Shown: positions 50,501 to 58,645 of the stretch, in pieces | How the letters are laid out: each line of letters opens with the position of its first letter | How positions within the stretch are numbered: position 1 is the stretch's first letter | Virus record (IMG/VR): IMGVR_UViG_3300025608_000013 | Location: 1-64,000 of that record | From: a virus | Lineage: Duplodnaviria; Caudoviricetes | Length of the DNA: 64,000 nt | Strand: one strand, 5' to 3' | Translations under genes and position numbers: made by a program | The notes under the pieces: generated by a model | Told to the model about the DNA's origin: nothing | Database searches by the model: none | Seen by the model: only the letters and a program-made list of their open reading frames with translations

Positions 50501-51645
50501 GCTTTACCTAGTGTAGCAAAAGGACCTCCTGGGTGTGTACCACGGTTTAAATCAGATCCATTGTTTGTTGAGACAAAAATGTTTCCTGTGCTTTTAGTTA
50601 ACTCGATACCTTGATAAACAATGTTATTAGCTCTTACATACGATGTATCTAAGGTTTCTACATATAAATCAAATCGTTTCCCTTCATCGGGGCCAGTACT
50701 ATCGTCGTCTCTACCAATTGTATAATTAGCGTCTAGATCAGGAATAAGATCACTTGCAAAATCTGCTAAGAATCTTGCATTGTCGGTAGAATCGTCACCA
50801 ACTGTTAAATCTGTTCCGCCGTATGTAATGTTACCAGTTGCATGAACATTACCATTAACATTTAATGTGCCGCCAGTTTGTAATTGTAGATCTCTTGGAA
50901 CACTTCTCGGATAATGTGTTTCTACGTATGTTTTAAATGCTTCAGTATCTGCATGGTCTGCTAGTGTACGTGTTGCTGGAAAATATGCACCATTAATAAA
51001 CTGACTGTTCATTTGCAGAATATCAAGTGCATCGTCTACTTGAACATCGCCGTCGCCGTCAAAATCAAATGCTGCTAGTTGTTCTGGTGTAGGGTTTCCT
51101 ACTTGTGCAATTGCAAGTGCTTCTTGATATAATCTGTCGCCGTCGTTTTCTGGAGCATCTGCACTATTTTTTGGACCTGGATACCAATAGTCACCGTAGT
51201 TTTGATCATAGTTCCATGCTTCGGTCATGCCTGCAAGATATGTTGATCTAATGCCTACATTTGCATTAGTAACAATCGACTCAATTGCACCGTTGTCTTT
51301 TACAGCAAAGTTAAAACTACCTAAACCTCCAGTAACAATATAACCTGCTGGATCTGTACTTAAAATATTAATATTGCCAGTAGGCGCACTAGCGCCTTCA
51401 GTACTAATAGTTAAGTCGCCGATTGTTAGACTATTATTAAAAATAATATCTGGGTCGCTAGTACCACTAGCTACTTTTAGTGTACCGTTTACTGTTAAAT
51501 CGCGGGGAGTAGTTGTAGTGTTTACGCCAAGTGTACCGTTGCGTTTTACTACAAGTAAATTAGTATCAAATGCTAGATCGGCTAGTTCTCTTTCGAGATT
51601 TGCAAATAATAGCTGACCGCCAATTCGTTGTACTTGTTGTGCCAT
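47596..51645 (-). CDS. Tail fibre-like protein (1349 aa), paralogue of 43734-47456
   Basis: Shared DLAFDT, SPYIRNV, EWLNSF.YFA blocks; additional EF-hand-like and zincin-like inserts. Confidence 0.75.
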   Translation of the reverse strand: MAQQVQRIGGQLLFANLERELADLAFDTNLLVVKRNGTLGVNTTTTPRDLTVNGTLKVASGTSDPDIIFNNSLTIGDLTISTEGASAPTGNINILSTDPAGYIVTGGLGSFNFAVKDNGAIESIVTNANVGIRSTYLAGMTEAWNYDQNYGDYWYPGPKNSADAPENDGDRLYQEALAIAQVGNPTPEQLAAFDFDGDGDVQVDDALDILQMNSQFINGAYFPATRTLADHADTEAFKTYVETHYPRSVPRDLQLQTGGTLNVNGNVHATGNITYGGTDLTVGDDSTDNARFLADFASDLIPDLDANYTIGRDDDSTGPDEGKRFDLYVETLDTSYVRANNIVYQGIELTKSTGNIFVSTNNGSDLNRGTHPGGPFATLGKALSIAQPGDNIFIYPGQYQEDFPLVVPSDVTIQGDSIRGVEIYPTTETQSNDAFVFQGGSNIENVTIKDYYYNSEADTGYAFRFADDYVSGARSPYIRNVTVLTKGTTTSPSDPRGYDSGDAGRGALIDGRNVNENSTNATMLFQSATFFTPGVECIVMRNGVRVEWLNSFIYFASKGMVASQGEQGRLLPDSTRQYGVELRSIGSANVYGNVGAEADGADCIFYLINHNFAYIGAGKDSSNDASLSNADNITITSNDAKVYYTSQDEKGNFNVGDFFQVDQVNGRTTFDIESIFATNSVVKIIGDDSEAYIDATQLRLDNIYVTGNTVLTTSNDLNLKAFTTDLNFLTNTNVSGNVDIVGDITIGGTVINIGDEPTDTVDFNVRLEQDLLPGGSEAHKIGDVGKTWRNTYVNLASINDITISPTSISTTLSNADLELRANNTGKVYFENVEISDNTIASKFDRAGEFTVLETDESSLEIFDSFESLTQYFPESVEVYGIPVMRTALASRAAMIHAANLLAGYLDNDYDGVVDDATMYAEFINGDKGIVVYANSADETVINAALGSWKSRTTSVYENEMNNFQGDSVGGNRDQTLERILRYFLIKQGYTVAYSDLGFNRPTALTVAMDNARGGFQAGGLPSYNYPPFARYTDPTGLNYENLVYEYFYLALSTYAGSNTWRDADIEDLWTPASPSDLRLADGIIIGIIESGNYSFPTTEPVLDYWEAVTNNIGGTTRNLVLATNNLDIDATSHLLVNKGTTAQRPTVTGGLRYNTDFDVFEGVVGIGSVSLEGIFSTSRRTFLDLSNNQYSFVTDNTSRAVLNNFGLFTDQFTSDNKFKIDGNIVTSAETNGRVYLRSNGTGKTIIEDLTFQNGVLRDTTAAPTFSFNLTDTIGTSYLKIDNVSGIVTPFGNDAARPVSPERGHIRYNTEQEYLEVYTGTQWQISIGNVESLEEADVEELNFLWNVILD

Positions 51646-51676
51646 AGTAGCTCCCTCTTAATAGTATTTAGCGGGA

Positions 51677-52201
51677 TTACTTGTCAAAGTTATGCAGTAC
51701 GTTTACAGGTTTTCCTGCCGGGACGGCACTACCAAATACTAAGTAATATCCTGGTGCATACGGTGCGCCCGGTCCACTAGACGGATTTTGTACAAGTGTG
51801 TAGTTTGATACAGGTAACTGAAAAACGTTTTCAACAAACACAAGAACGTTTGTTTCTGCAATAGGTACAGGATAAAATGGGTCTCCGCTGTCCAACGGAC
51901 CAAAAGTAGTTTCTACGCCATCGCCGTTACCTAGATTTTGATTAGTAACTGTAATCGGTTCTCTAAATCGTATCGGCTTCCATTGAGATCCTTGATAAAC
52001 TTCAAAGTTTCCTTCGTCGGTATTATAACGTATTAGGCCTTCTTCAGCAAAAAACGGACGACTTGCCTGTGGTCCTTTTGGAACAACTATACTGTTCTCT
52101 GAATTAAATCTAAACTGACCATTTGTGTCATAGTTTAATCCTGGAGATCCATCTCCTACATGTCTTGTTTCTGCTAATTTATGGCTTTTTAAAAATCTCA
52201 T
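51677..52201 (-). CDS. Virion structural protein
   Basis: VPKG...RP..GLIRYNT module, GNGDGVETTF, LVFVENVFQLP. Confidence 0.65.
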   Translation of the reverse strand: MRFLKSHKLAETRHVGDGSPGLNYDTNGQFRFNSENSIVVPKGPQASRPFFAEEGLIRYNTDEGNFEVYQGSQWKPIRFREPITVTNQNLGNGDGVETTFGPLDSGDPFYPVPIAETNVLVFVENVFQLPVSNYTLVQNPSSGPGAPYAPGYYLVFGSAVPAGKPVNVLHNFDK

Positions 52202-52533
52202 TATACTTCCAAATAACTCAATGTAGCTGTTAGTCTATTAGCAATCTGTGCTGCAAGTACTACTGTGTCGTTTTCATCAATAATAATTTTTTCTGTATCA
52301 AATGTAAACGTATCTGCACCTGCAACATTAAGACTATTAACGACAATATTAGCAGGACCAATTGACTGACCATCTGGTATAATATGCAAGTCAAATGTAC
52401 AATCATTTGCTCCACCGCTGTCATAGTTTGCAACATTACAAATCATTAGTGTTGTAATAGCATATTGTTTTCCAGTAGGAACAGTGAGTAAAGTTGTATT
52501 TGTTGTTCCGATTCTTGCGTTTGCTATAGCCAT
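52201..52533 (-). CDS. Small virion beta protein (paralogous family)
   Basis: LLTVP..AITTLMICN..TEKIII. Confidence 0.6.
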   Translation of the reverse strand: MAIANARIGTTNTTLLTVPTGKQYAITTLMICNVANYDSGGANDCTFDLHIIPDGQSIGPANIVVNSLNVAGADTFTFDTEKIIIDENDTVVLAAQIANRLTATLSYLEV

Positions 52534-52543
52534 TTATAAATCC

Positions 52544-53512
52544 TTAAAATATCATACTATAAAGTAATGATCTATTTCTTCCAATTACTTCGTCTGAGTT
52601 GTTATTACTATTTACATAATACAAACCTGTTGTACCTAAACCCGGTTCTTTACCGTAAATAATAATACCGGTTGATGAACTAGGATCACTTATTTGATTT
52701 GGTAGTTTTAATACACCGTCTACAGTAACACTACCGCTACCAAAACTAGCAAGAGTTAAATCGTCACCTGTTGTTGCTGTTGTAATAGTATTACCTGACA
52801 AGGTAATGTCTGCGATAAATGCTGTTGTTTCTTCAAATCTTGCAATTTCATTTCCATTGATTTCTACGTTAAAGTTTGAAATTACTGGTTCGATACTATC
52901 ATCAAACAGTTCAACTTTAGAATCACCTTGCTGAATACGTTTAATTGTAATAGCTTGAATACCGGCAACAATTGCATCGTCTACATATTTTTTGTTAGTT
53001 AAAATATCATCTTCTGTAACTTTGGCAGTATAATCGTCGTCTGACGAATTTACAATTCTTGCAACACCAGCACCGCCGTTAAAGTCTAAAAATAAATCAG
53101 AACCACCACTAGTAATACTATTTGTTCTAATACCGACTAGTGTACCGTTTTCTTGTCTAAAAATAAATCCGCCAGTTTTGTTTGTTTGTGTAGCAGGATC
53201 ATTCCATGTTACATTTTCATCAAAAACAAACTCTACAATCGGATACTGTGCAGAATTAATTCCGCGATCAATTTTTAATCCACTTTTATCTAAAGTAATA
53301 CCATTAGAACCTTGATCGCCGTTGTTTAACTCGATCATGTTGTCTTTAATAAGCATTTCTTCTGACTCAACTGTAACAGTATTACCTTCTACAATTAAAT
53401 CACCCGAAACACGAACTTCACCAGTTTCAACTCCAGTATCAAGACGAATTGTGCCGCCTGACTGGACCTCAACTGTATAATCTCCATTTGGTATTTTTAA
53501 ATACTTTGACAT
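52544..53512 (-). CDS. Virion/fibre-associated protein
   Basis: GDLIVEG..IKDNMIELN, LTNKKYVD motifs. Confidence 0.6.
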   Translation of the reverse strand: MSKYLKIPNGDYTVEVQSGGTIRLDTGVETGEVRVSGDLIVEGNTVTVESEEMLIKDNMIELNNGDQGSNGITLDKSGLKIDRGINSAQYPIVEFVFDENVTWNDPATQTNKTGGFIFRQENGTLVGIRTNSITSGGSDLFLDFNGGAGVARIVNSSDDDYTAKVTEDDILTNKKYVDDAIVAGIQAITIKRIQQGDSKVELFDDSIEPVISNFNVEINGNEIARFEETTAFIADITLSGNTITTATTGDDLTLASFGSGSVTVDGVLKLPNQISDPSSSTGIIIYGKEPGLGTTGLYYVNSNNNSDEVIGRNRSLLYSMIF

Positions 53513-53524
53513 ATTGTTTCCTAA

Positions 53525-53547
53525 AAGTAGGGGGACTATGCCCCCTT
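53525..53547 (-). terminator. Possible weak intrinsic terminator
   Basis: AGGGGG-CATAGT-CCCCCT-ACTTTT on the - strand. Confidence 0.45.
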
Positions 53548-53550
53548 AAA

Positions 53551-53928
53551 TTAGATTGCAGTTAAAATGATAACTGATGATGTTGAGTCATCATCAAGTT
53601 CCCAAGTATAACGATTGCTATTAGCATCTACCGCTGTTCTATTAAATAACTTAACAAGCCTAATTGCAGCAGTATCTCTATTGCCTACATATCCTTCGAT
53701 CATTGCTTCGCCTTCTGCATTCGGAGTACTTCCGTCAGCTGTTAATCTTACAACTACATCAGTCGGTGGTGAAGTATCAGGATTTCTAACTGTAAACTTA
53801 TTAGTACCTTTTTGATTTAAAATAAAACCTTCTACAACAGTTTGGCCGTTGTGGAAAGAAATTGGAATATTTGGATCTGCATCTGTACCTAATGCACCAA
53901 AGAATCTATCGTTAAGTGGACGTCCCAT
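53551..53928 (-). CDS. Hypothetical (probably virion) protein
   Basis: SD AAGGAG; MGRPL start. Confidence 0.6.
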   Translation of the reverse strand: MGRPLNDRFFGALGTDADPNIPISFHNGQTVVEGFILNQKGTNKFTVRNPDTSPPTDVVVRLTADGSTPNAEGEAMIEGYVGNRDTAAIRLVKLFNRTAVDANSNRYTWELDDDSTSSVIILTAI

Positions 53929-54012
53929 TGTTTTCTCCTTATGTTGACGTTCTAGGTCTACGCGGCGGGTACCGCATAAGTCCTCATCAGAGAGGCACGC
54001 TCTTTGACATTG
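53929..54012 (-). ncRNA. Candidate structured 5' leader RNA
   Basis: GC-rich UTR after GATAAATA (54020-54013) with hairpins CCUC/GAGG and UAUGCGG/CCGCGUA. Confidence 0.45.
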
Positions 54013-54018
54013 TATTTA

Positions 54019-54657
54019 TCACTTTGCTGTAGTACTTAAATCTTTAACACGCCCTATATATGTTTCATCAAGTCTTACTACACTAGCAGTCACACTTTTA
54101 ATATCAATAAAAGTATTTTCTATAAATCTGTCTACGCTTTTTATTCCTTTACGTTGAGCACGTTTTATTAACTTTTTTGCTCCTTGAGGACTAACTACGT
54201 AACCATAGTATCCTACGTAATGCGTATTAAATTCAGTCGGTAGTTTTAATATTTGTATTTCTTTAGTTAAACTATTTTTAATTTGGAGTTCGTAATCGTT
54301 CTTCCAGTGCATGAATGGCTCTAATCTTAAGACATCTATAAAATCTAAGTTACTAGGTAATGGTCTTAGAAAAACTCCGTCATGTTCACATATAACAATA
54401 GGTTCTTGTAAAGCAATACACTTTTGCCAAAGTTGAAAGTGTGCAAGAAAACACCCTTGCTGACCTTTAAGTTTAGATTCAAGGCTTGCTATTTTAGTAA
54501 TACCGTAAGGCGCAAATTCTTCTTTAAATGTTTTTGTAATTTTTACACCAGGGTGCATGTGTGCGTCTAGTCCAAAACTCTTAGCTATTTCTATATTTTT
54601 ATAGCCAAGTTTCTCGCCTAAATCGTGTCTAGGTAATATAATGTGGAATGACTTCAT
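54019..54657 (-). CDS. Glycosyltransferase family 25
   Basis: GCFLAHFQLW..C..IVICEHDG, GYVVSPQGAKKL, VD. Confidence 0.75.
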   Translation of the reverse strand: MKSFHIILPRHDLGEKLGYKNIEIAKSFGLDAHMHPGVKITKTFKEEFAPYGITKIASLESKLKGQQGCFLAHFQLWQKCIALQEPIVICEHDGVFLRPLPSNLDFIDVLRLEPFMHWKNDYELQIKNSLTKEIQILKLPTEFNTHYVGYYGYVVSPQGAKKLIKRAQRKGIKSVDRFIENTFIDIKSVTASVVRLDETYIGRVKDLSTTAK

Positions 54658-54673
54658 AACGTATTTAAGTCAT

Positions 54674-54700
54674 AAAAAAAGGCCCCGAAGGGCCTTTTTT
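54674..54700 (-). terminator. Intrinsic terminator after the major capsid gene
   Basis: GGCCC-TTCG-GGGCC-TTTTTTT (UUCG tetraloop). Confidence 0.92.
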
Positions 54701-54722
54701 CTTATTGCTGTCTAAGTAAAAC

Positions 54723-55898
54723 TTAGCTGAAGCTTACGTTTGCAATTGAAACGTTAGCTAGGTAATCAGCTGCGTTACCTAGTGACGAAGCTGTGTTGTT
54801 TAGCTCAACATAACCGTAGCGTGTCATAAAGCTTACGACTGGCTCGAATGATGTTGGGTCTAGTACCACACCGCTTGACATTAGTGGGATATAAGGAGCA
54901 TAGAACGCTGCTGCGTCTGACTCGCTTGTACCTTTGTAACCAACTAGTACGTCTTTTGTATCAGCTGCATATGTATCAACATATACTTTCATTGCGTTGT
55001 TCAAAGTACCTACGAACTTAGTGTTTGTTGGTGCTTCAAATGTACCTTCTGTAGTACGTGCAAATGCTGATGTAGTTGCTGACTGTAGGATAGTTAGTGC
55101 ATATGGGCTAACAACTGCAAAGTTACCGGCGCCACGACGTGTACGCTGTGCAATTTTGTTAGATGCACGGTTGATCATAACTGCTAGTGCAGCATGCTCA
55201 TCACCTACGAATGTAGCTGTACCTGATACTGCTGCCTGATCGTATTGTACGTCAGATTCAGCAGCACCTGCTAGTGAACGTAGAGATGCTAGGATCTCTT
55301 GGTCAATTTCAGCAGTAATTTCTTGTGCTAGTGCAGCCATGATCTCTGCTTCAATGTCGATGCCTTGCTGTGCTTGTGCGTCTTGCGCAGCTTCGAAAGT
55401 CCAGCGAGCTGATAGCTTACGAGTTTTAGCTTCGACAGTTTGCTTCAAGATCTGAATTGACATACGGTTACCAGCTGCACCTTCAAGTGTTGATGTGCTT
55501 GCTGCTTTACCTGCGTCTGATCCAGCTTCGTCACCTGAATAACCAAGTGCAATCTTGAATGGGCTCAGTGCTTCTTCACCTGCTGTAGCGTCATCAGCTG
55601 TGTCGCTGTAACGTACACGTAGTGTGTGAATTTGACCAACTGGGCCTGTCATTGGCTGTACGCCAACTAGTTCGTTTGCGATGACTGTTGGCATCACACG
55701 TCTAATTACTGGTAGGATAACACGGTTTAGTGTAGCAACGTTACCTGCAGAAGTAGCACCCGCTGTAGCACTTTCTGACAAGTACTTACGAGTGTTTTCT
55801 AGTGTAACATCCATTACTGATTTCTTGTTGCCTTGTAGGCCTTCAAGAAGTGCTGATTTCGTATCCTGCCAGCGTCCTTCTAATAGTTCTGACATCAT
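54723..55898 (-). CDS. Major capsid protein, T4 gp23-like
   Basis: RRVMP..IANELVGVQPMTGPVGQI, VEAKTRKL.ARWT.E.AQD, EI..EID.EI, FYAPYIPL, F.P...TRYG. Confidence 0.95.
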   Translation of the reverse strand: MMSELLEGRWQDTKSALLEGLQGNKKSVMDVTLENTRKYLSESATAGATSAGNVATLNRVILPVIRRVMPTVIANELVGVQPMTGPVGQIHTLRVRYSDTADDATAGEEALSPFKIALGYSGDEAGSDAGKAASTSTLEGAAGNRMSIQILKQTVEAKTRKLSARWTFEAAQDAQAQQGIDIEAEIMAALAQEITAEIDQEILASLRSLAGAAESDVQYDQAAVSGTATFVGDEHAALAVMINRASNKIAQRTRRGAGNFAVVSPYALTILQSATTSAFARTTEGTFEAPTNTKFVGTLNNAMKVYVDTYAADTKDVLVGYKGTSESDAAAFYAPYIPLMSSGVVLDPTSFEPVVSFMTRYGYVELNNTASSLGNAADYLANVSIANVSFS

Positions 55899-55905
55899 TT
55901 TCTCC

Positions 55906-57006
55906 TTAATTTAATCCTGCAAGACGTCTTAGTTCAATAACGTTTGCGTTCTTGCTTGAGTCACTATCGATAGTTTGATTAACTTTCTTATTGCCTGTCA
56001 CTTCCGTGCCTTCTGATAATACTGCCTTCTTCTTTGCTGGAGTGTTACCCTGCATTACTGCTGGTAGGTATTTGTCAAACGCCGAACTTAGTTTGGCTGT
56101 TTGTACTGATTCCAGTAAGTCTGTCATGATCGCACTTTGTTCCTTGCTTAAAGGTCCAGTAAGTTCGCTCATAATTTCTTTGCGTTCAGCTAGATCTTTT
56201 GCACGACGAAGTTCAGCATCTCTGCTTTCTACTAGTTGTGCTTTTTCATCTGCTGCCGCTTTTGCTTCTGCAAGTTGCTTGTCTTTTAACTCTACAACTT
56301 TTAGTAGCTTTGCAGTTTCTGACTTTTCGTTTAGTAAGCTGTTTGTGTACTCGTTACTAAATGCTTCGAAGATCTTACGACCAAAGTCATTACGTCTTGC
56401 AGCTTCGATATCTTCTTTAAGAGTTGAAATTTCACTCTTAAGTCCTTTATCAACTGCTTCTGCAACTGCTTTTGCACTTGACTTGATAAAGTTGTCTTTA
56501 ACTTTAGCAAGATGTGCTTTTCCTTCACGGATTAGTCGAACTTTTGTTTCGGCTAAATCCTGTTTGTCTTCATAAAACTCTGCAATTTCTTTTGAAAGTG
56601 CTTCTACAACAAATTCTTCAAGCTTGCTGAAATTTTCAGCCATTAGCTTTTGATCTTCGTGAAGTTCTGTAACTTCTTTGCTAAGTTGCTCCATTACAAA
56701 GCCTTTTAGCGTTTCTGCGTTTTCACGCATAGCTACAACATATTTTGCTCTTGCTTCTGCTAGTTGATTGCGATCTTCTGCAAGTTCTGATAATTCTTCA
56801 GCTAGCTTATCTTCTAGCATGGCATTGACAGCTTCGACCATAGTCTGCTTGTCATGCTCATACTTTTGAGCAAATTCTTCACGTAGTTCAGCAGTAGCAG
56901 ACAGACGATTTTCTTCAACCTTCTGCTCCCATGCTTCTTGAATTTCTGTACGCACTTCTTCAGAAAGACCAGCGCCTTCAAAGAGTGATTTCAGTGCATC
57001 CAACAT
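55906..57006 (-). CDS. Prohead core scaffolding protein, gp22-like
   Basis: Coiled-coil, E/K-rich; lies between protease and capsid genes. Confidence 0.8.
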   Translation of the reverse strand: MLDALKSLFEGAGLSEEVRTEIQEAWEQKVEENRLSATAELREEFAQKYEHDKQTMVEAVNAMLEDKLAEELSELAEDRNQLAEARAKYVVAMRENAETLKGFVMEQLSKEVTELHEDQKLMAENFSKLEEFVVEALSKEIAEFYEDKQDLAETKVRLIREGKAHLAKVKDNFIKSSAKAVAEAVDKGLKSEISTLKEDIEAARRNDFGRKIFEAFSNEYTNSLLNEKSETAKLLKVVELKDKQLAEAKAAADEKAQLVESRDAELRRAKDLAERKEIMSELTGPLSKEQSAIMTDLLESVQTAKLSSAFDKYLPAVMQGNTPAKKKAVLSEGTEVTGNKKVNQTIDSDSSKNANVIELRRLAGLN

Positions 57007-57021
57007 TACGTTTCTCCTAGT

Positions 57022-57654
57022 TTATTGGAGTTTGTTGATGATATTCACCAACGATTCCTTTAAATATTTCTGTGCCTTAGTGTCTTCTCTAACTTCTGTT
57101 GCTAGAGTAAATGCCTTATACCCACCCTTGGTATTCATTAGGTGCTCGTAAATTGGAGTTGGGTATGCCCCCGGAGCACTTGGTTGCGCCACAACATCTA
57201 CAGTAATAATTTCAAAATCACTTACTGTGCCGCTACCGTCTTCTGATACGTTTCCTGACCCACGCGATGAGACGCCTAGTTTTACACCTGATTCAATCAT
57301 TGTTTGTACTAGTTGTCCCATCGGAGTAGGTAGGAGTTTCATTTTACCATAACCGTTTGCATCGTCCATCCACATTTGAGTAATCATATGTGATACACGA
57401 TCTAGGTTAATGTTAAGACCTTCAGGATGATCAACTTCTCCGAGAACTGAATATCCGCCACTGATCTGATCGTTGAGCGTTTTCACAGCCCTACCGATCT
57501 CATTTACAGGATACACACGTTGGTTGGCGTTACGTACACCTCCCTGTATGCAGATTCCCTTTAGATAGAGGTCTTTACCTCCTCTTGAGTTTTCAGTCGT
57601 CTCAACGACCATCTGTGCTTGGTCGAATGATAAGTTCTCAGTTAAGTTATACAT
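57022..57654 (-). CDS. Prohead protease, gp21-like
   Basis: NANQRVYP, GEVDHP, VSH, GVSSRGSG, DVVAQPSAP. Confidence 0.93.
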   Translation of the reverse strand: MYNLTENLSFDQAQMVVETTENSRGGKDLYLKGICIQGGVRNANQRVYPVNEIGRAVKTLNDQISGGYSVLGEVDHPEGLNINLDRVSHMITQMWMDDANGYGKMKLLPTPMGQLVQTMIESGVKLGVSSRGSGNVSEDGSGTVSDFEIITVDVVAQPSAPGAYPTPIYEHLMNTKGGYKAFTLATEVREDTKAQKYLKESLVNIINKLQ

Positions 57655-57664
57655 TAACTATTCC

Positions 57665-58567
57665 TTAGGATCCGATAGTGCTTTTAGTATCGGCCCCGCT
57701 TTCGCCTTTGCCTTTCTTTTCAGCACCGTGGCCGTTTGGCTGAGCTTTCATTGACTTGCTCGCCTTGCCGCCTGGTACATTGACGTTGCCTGCATTTTCT
57801 TCTGTTGTTGAAGGTTTTGCTAGGCCGCCTTCTGTACCGCCATTGCCACCGTCGCCACCTTGTGCGATGTTAGCAGTAGTTCCGCCCATGTTGTTAGCGC
57901 CAGCTACAGTTGACTTGGTGTTTGCACCGTTGTCACCCATTTTAGCTGTTACTTTTTCAACATATTCTCTCATTGTTTCTGCTTCTGACTTGTCTGACTC
58001 GTCAACTTCTTCGTCATCTTCGTCATCTTCTTCAGCTTCAAAAGCAAATGATTCTTCTTCTGGCTTGTCTTCAATGTCGCCCATCATGTCGTCTGCTGGA
58101 TCGCCGCCCATGTCATCCATGTCGCCTTCTTCGTCATCTCCACCATCTTTTGACATCATGTCGTCGAATGCTTTTTGTAGATCAGCTAGTGCGTCTTCTA
58201 GATCGTCCATACGCTCTTCAGTGTCTTCGTCGTCACCTTCGTCGTCCATGTCCATATCCATGTCGTCATCTTCGCCTTCATCTTCGTCGTCGCCTTCGAC
58301 TTCAAATTCTTCTAGGTCAAAGTTTTCTTCAACTTCTTCTTCAGACTCGTCAACTTCTTCATCAGTAGCTTCATCTAGATCGTCTTCTGACTCATCTACT
58401 TCTTCGTCGTCTGCTTCGTCTAGGTCTTCTAGATCTGATTCTAGTAGTCCTTCATAAATCTCTCTTGACTTTTCAATCACAAACTCGTGGAAAAGTTCTT
58501 CTGCTTTTGCTTTGTCTTCATTGACAAGCGATTCGAGCATTTGCTCAATTTTTGATAAATCTGCCAT
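57665..58567 (-). CDS. Highly acidic prohead core/internal protein (gp67/68-like position)
   Basis: D/E-rich repeats (EEVDES) upstream of the protease gene. Confidence 0.6.
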   Translation of the reverse strand: MADLSKIEQMLESLVNEDKAKAEELFHEFVIEKSREIYEGLLESDLEDLDEADDEEVDESEDDLDEATDEEVDESEEEVEENFDLEEFEVEGDDEDEGEDDDMDMDMDDEGDDEDTEERMDDLEDALADLQKAFDDMMSKDGGDDEEGDMDDMGGDPADDMMGDIEDKPEEESFAFEAEEDDEDDEEVDESDKSEAETMREYVEKVTAKMGDNGANTKSTVAGANNMGGTTANIAQGGDGGNGGTEGGLAKPSTTEENAGNVNVPGGKASKSMKAQPNGHGAEKKGKGESGADTKSTIGS

Positions 58568-58645
58568 TTCTTGTCTCCTTTAAATGATACGTAAGGCTGT
58601 GTAGTATTATTTACACAATTAACAAAATATGTACAGATAATAGGC

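Noticed and set aside
6897-51616. Many 60-180 aa antisense ORFs within fibre genes
   Set aside because: Codon-bias shadows of real - strand genes, with no SD or recognisable motifs
53964-53981. CUGAUGAG on the - strand suggesting a hammerhead ribozyme
   Set aside because: No correctly placed GAAA and stem III/NUH; the bases fit a simple CCUC/GAGG hairpin
55991-58457. Long + strand ORFs (55991-56575, 57756-58457, 57973-58368)
   Set aside because: Ser-rich antisense shadows of E/D/K-rich genes
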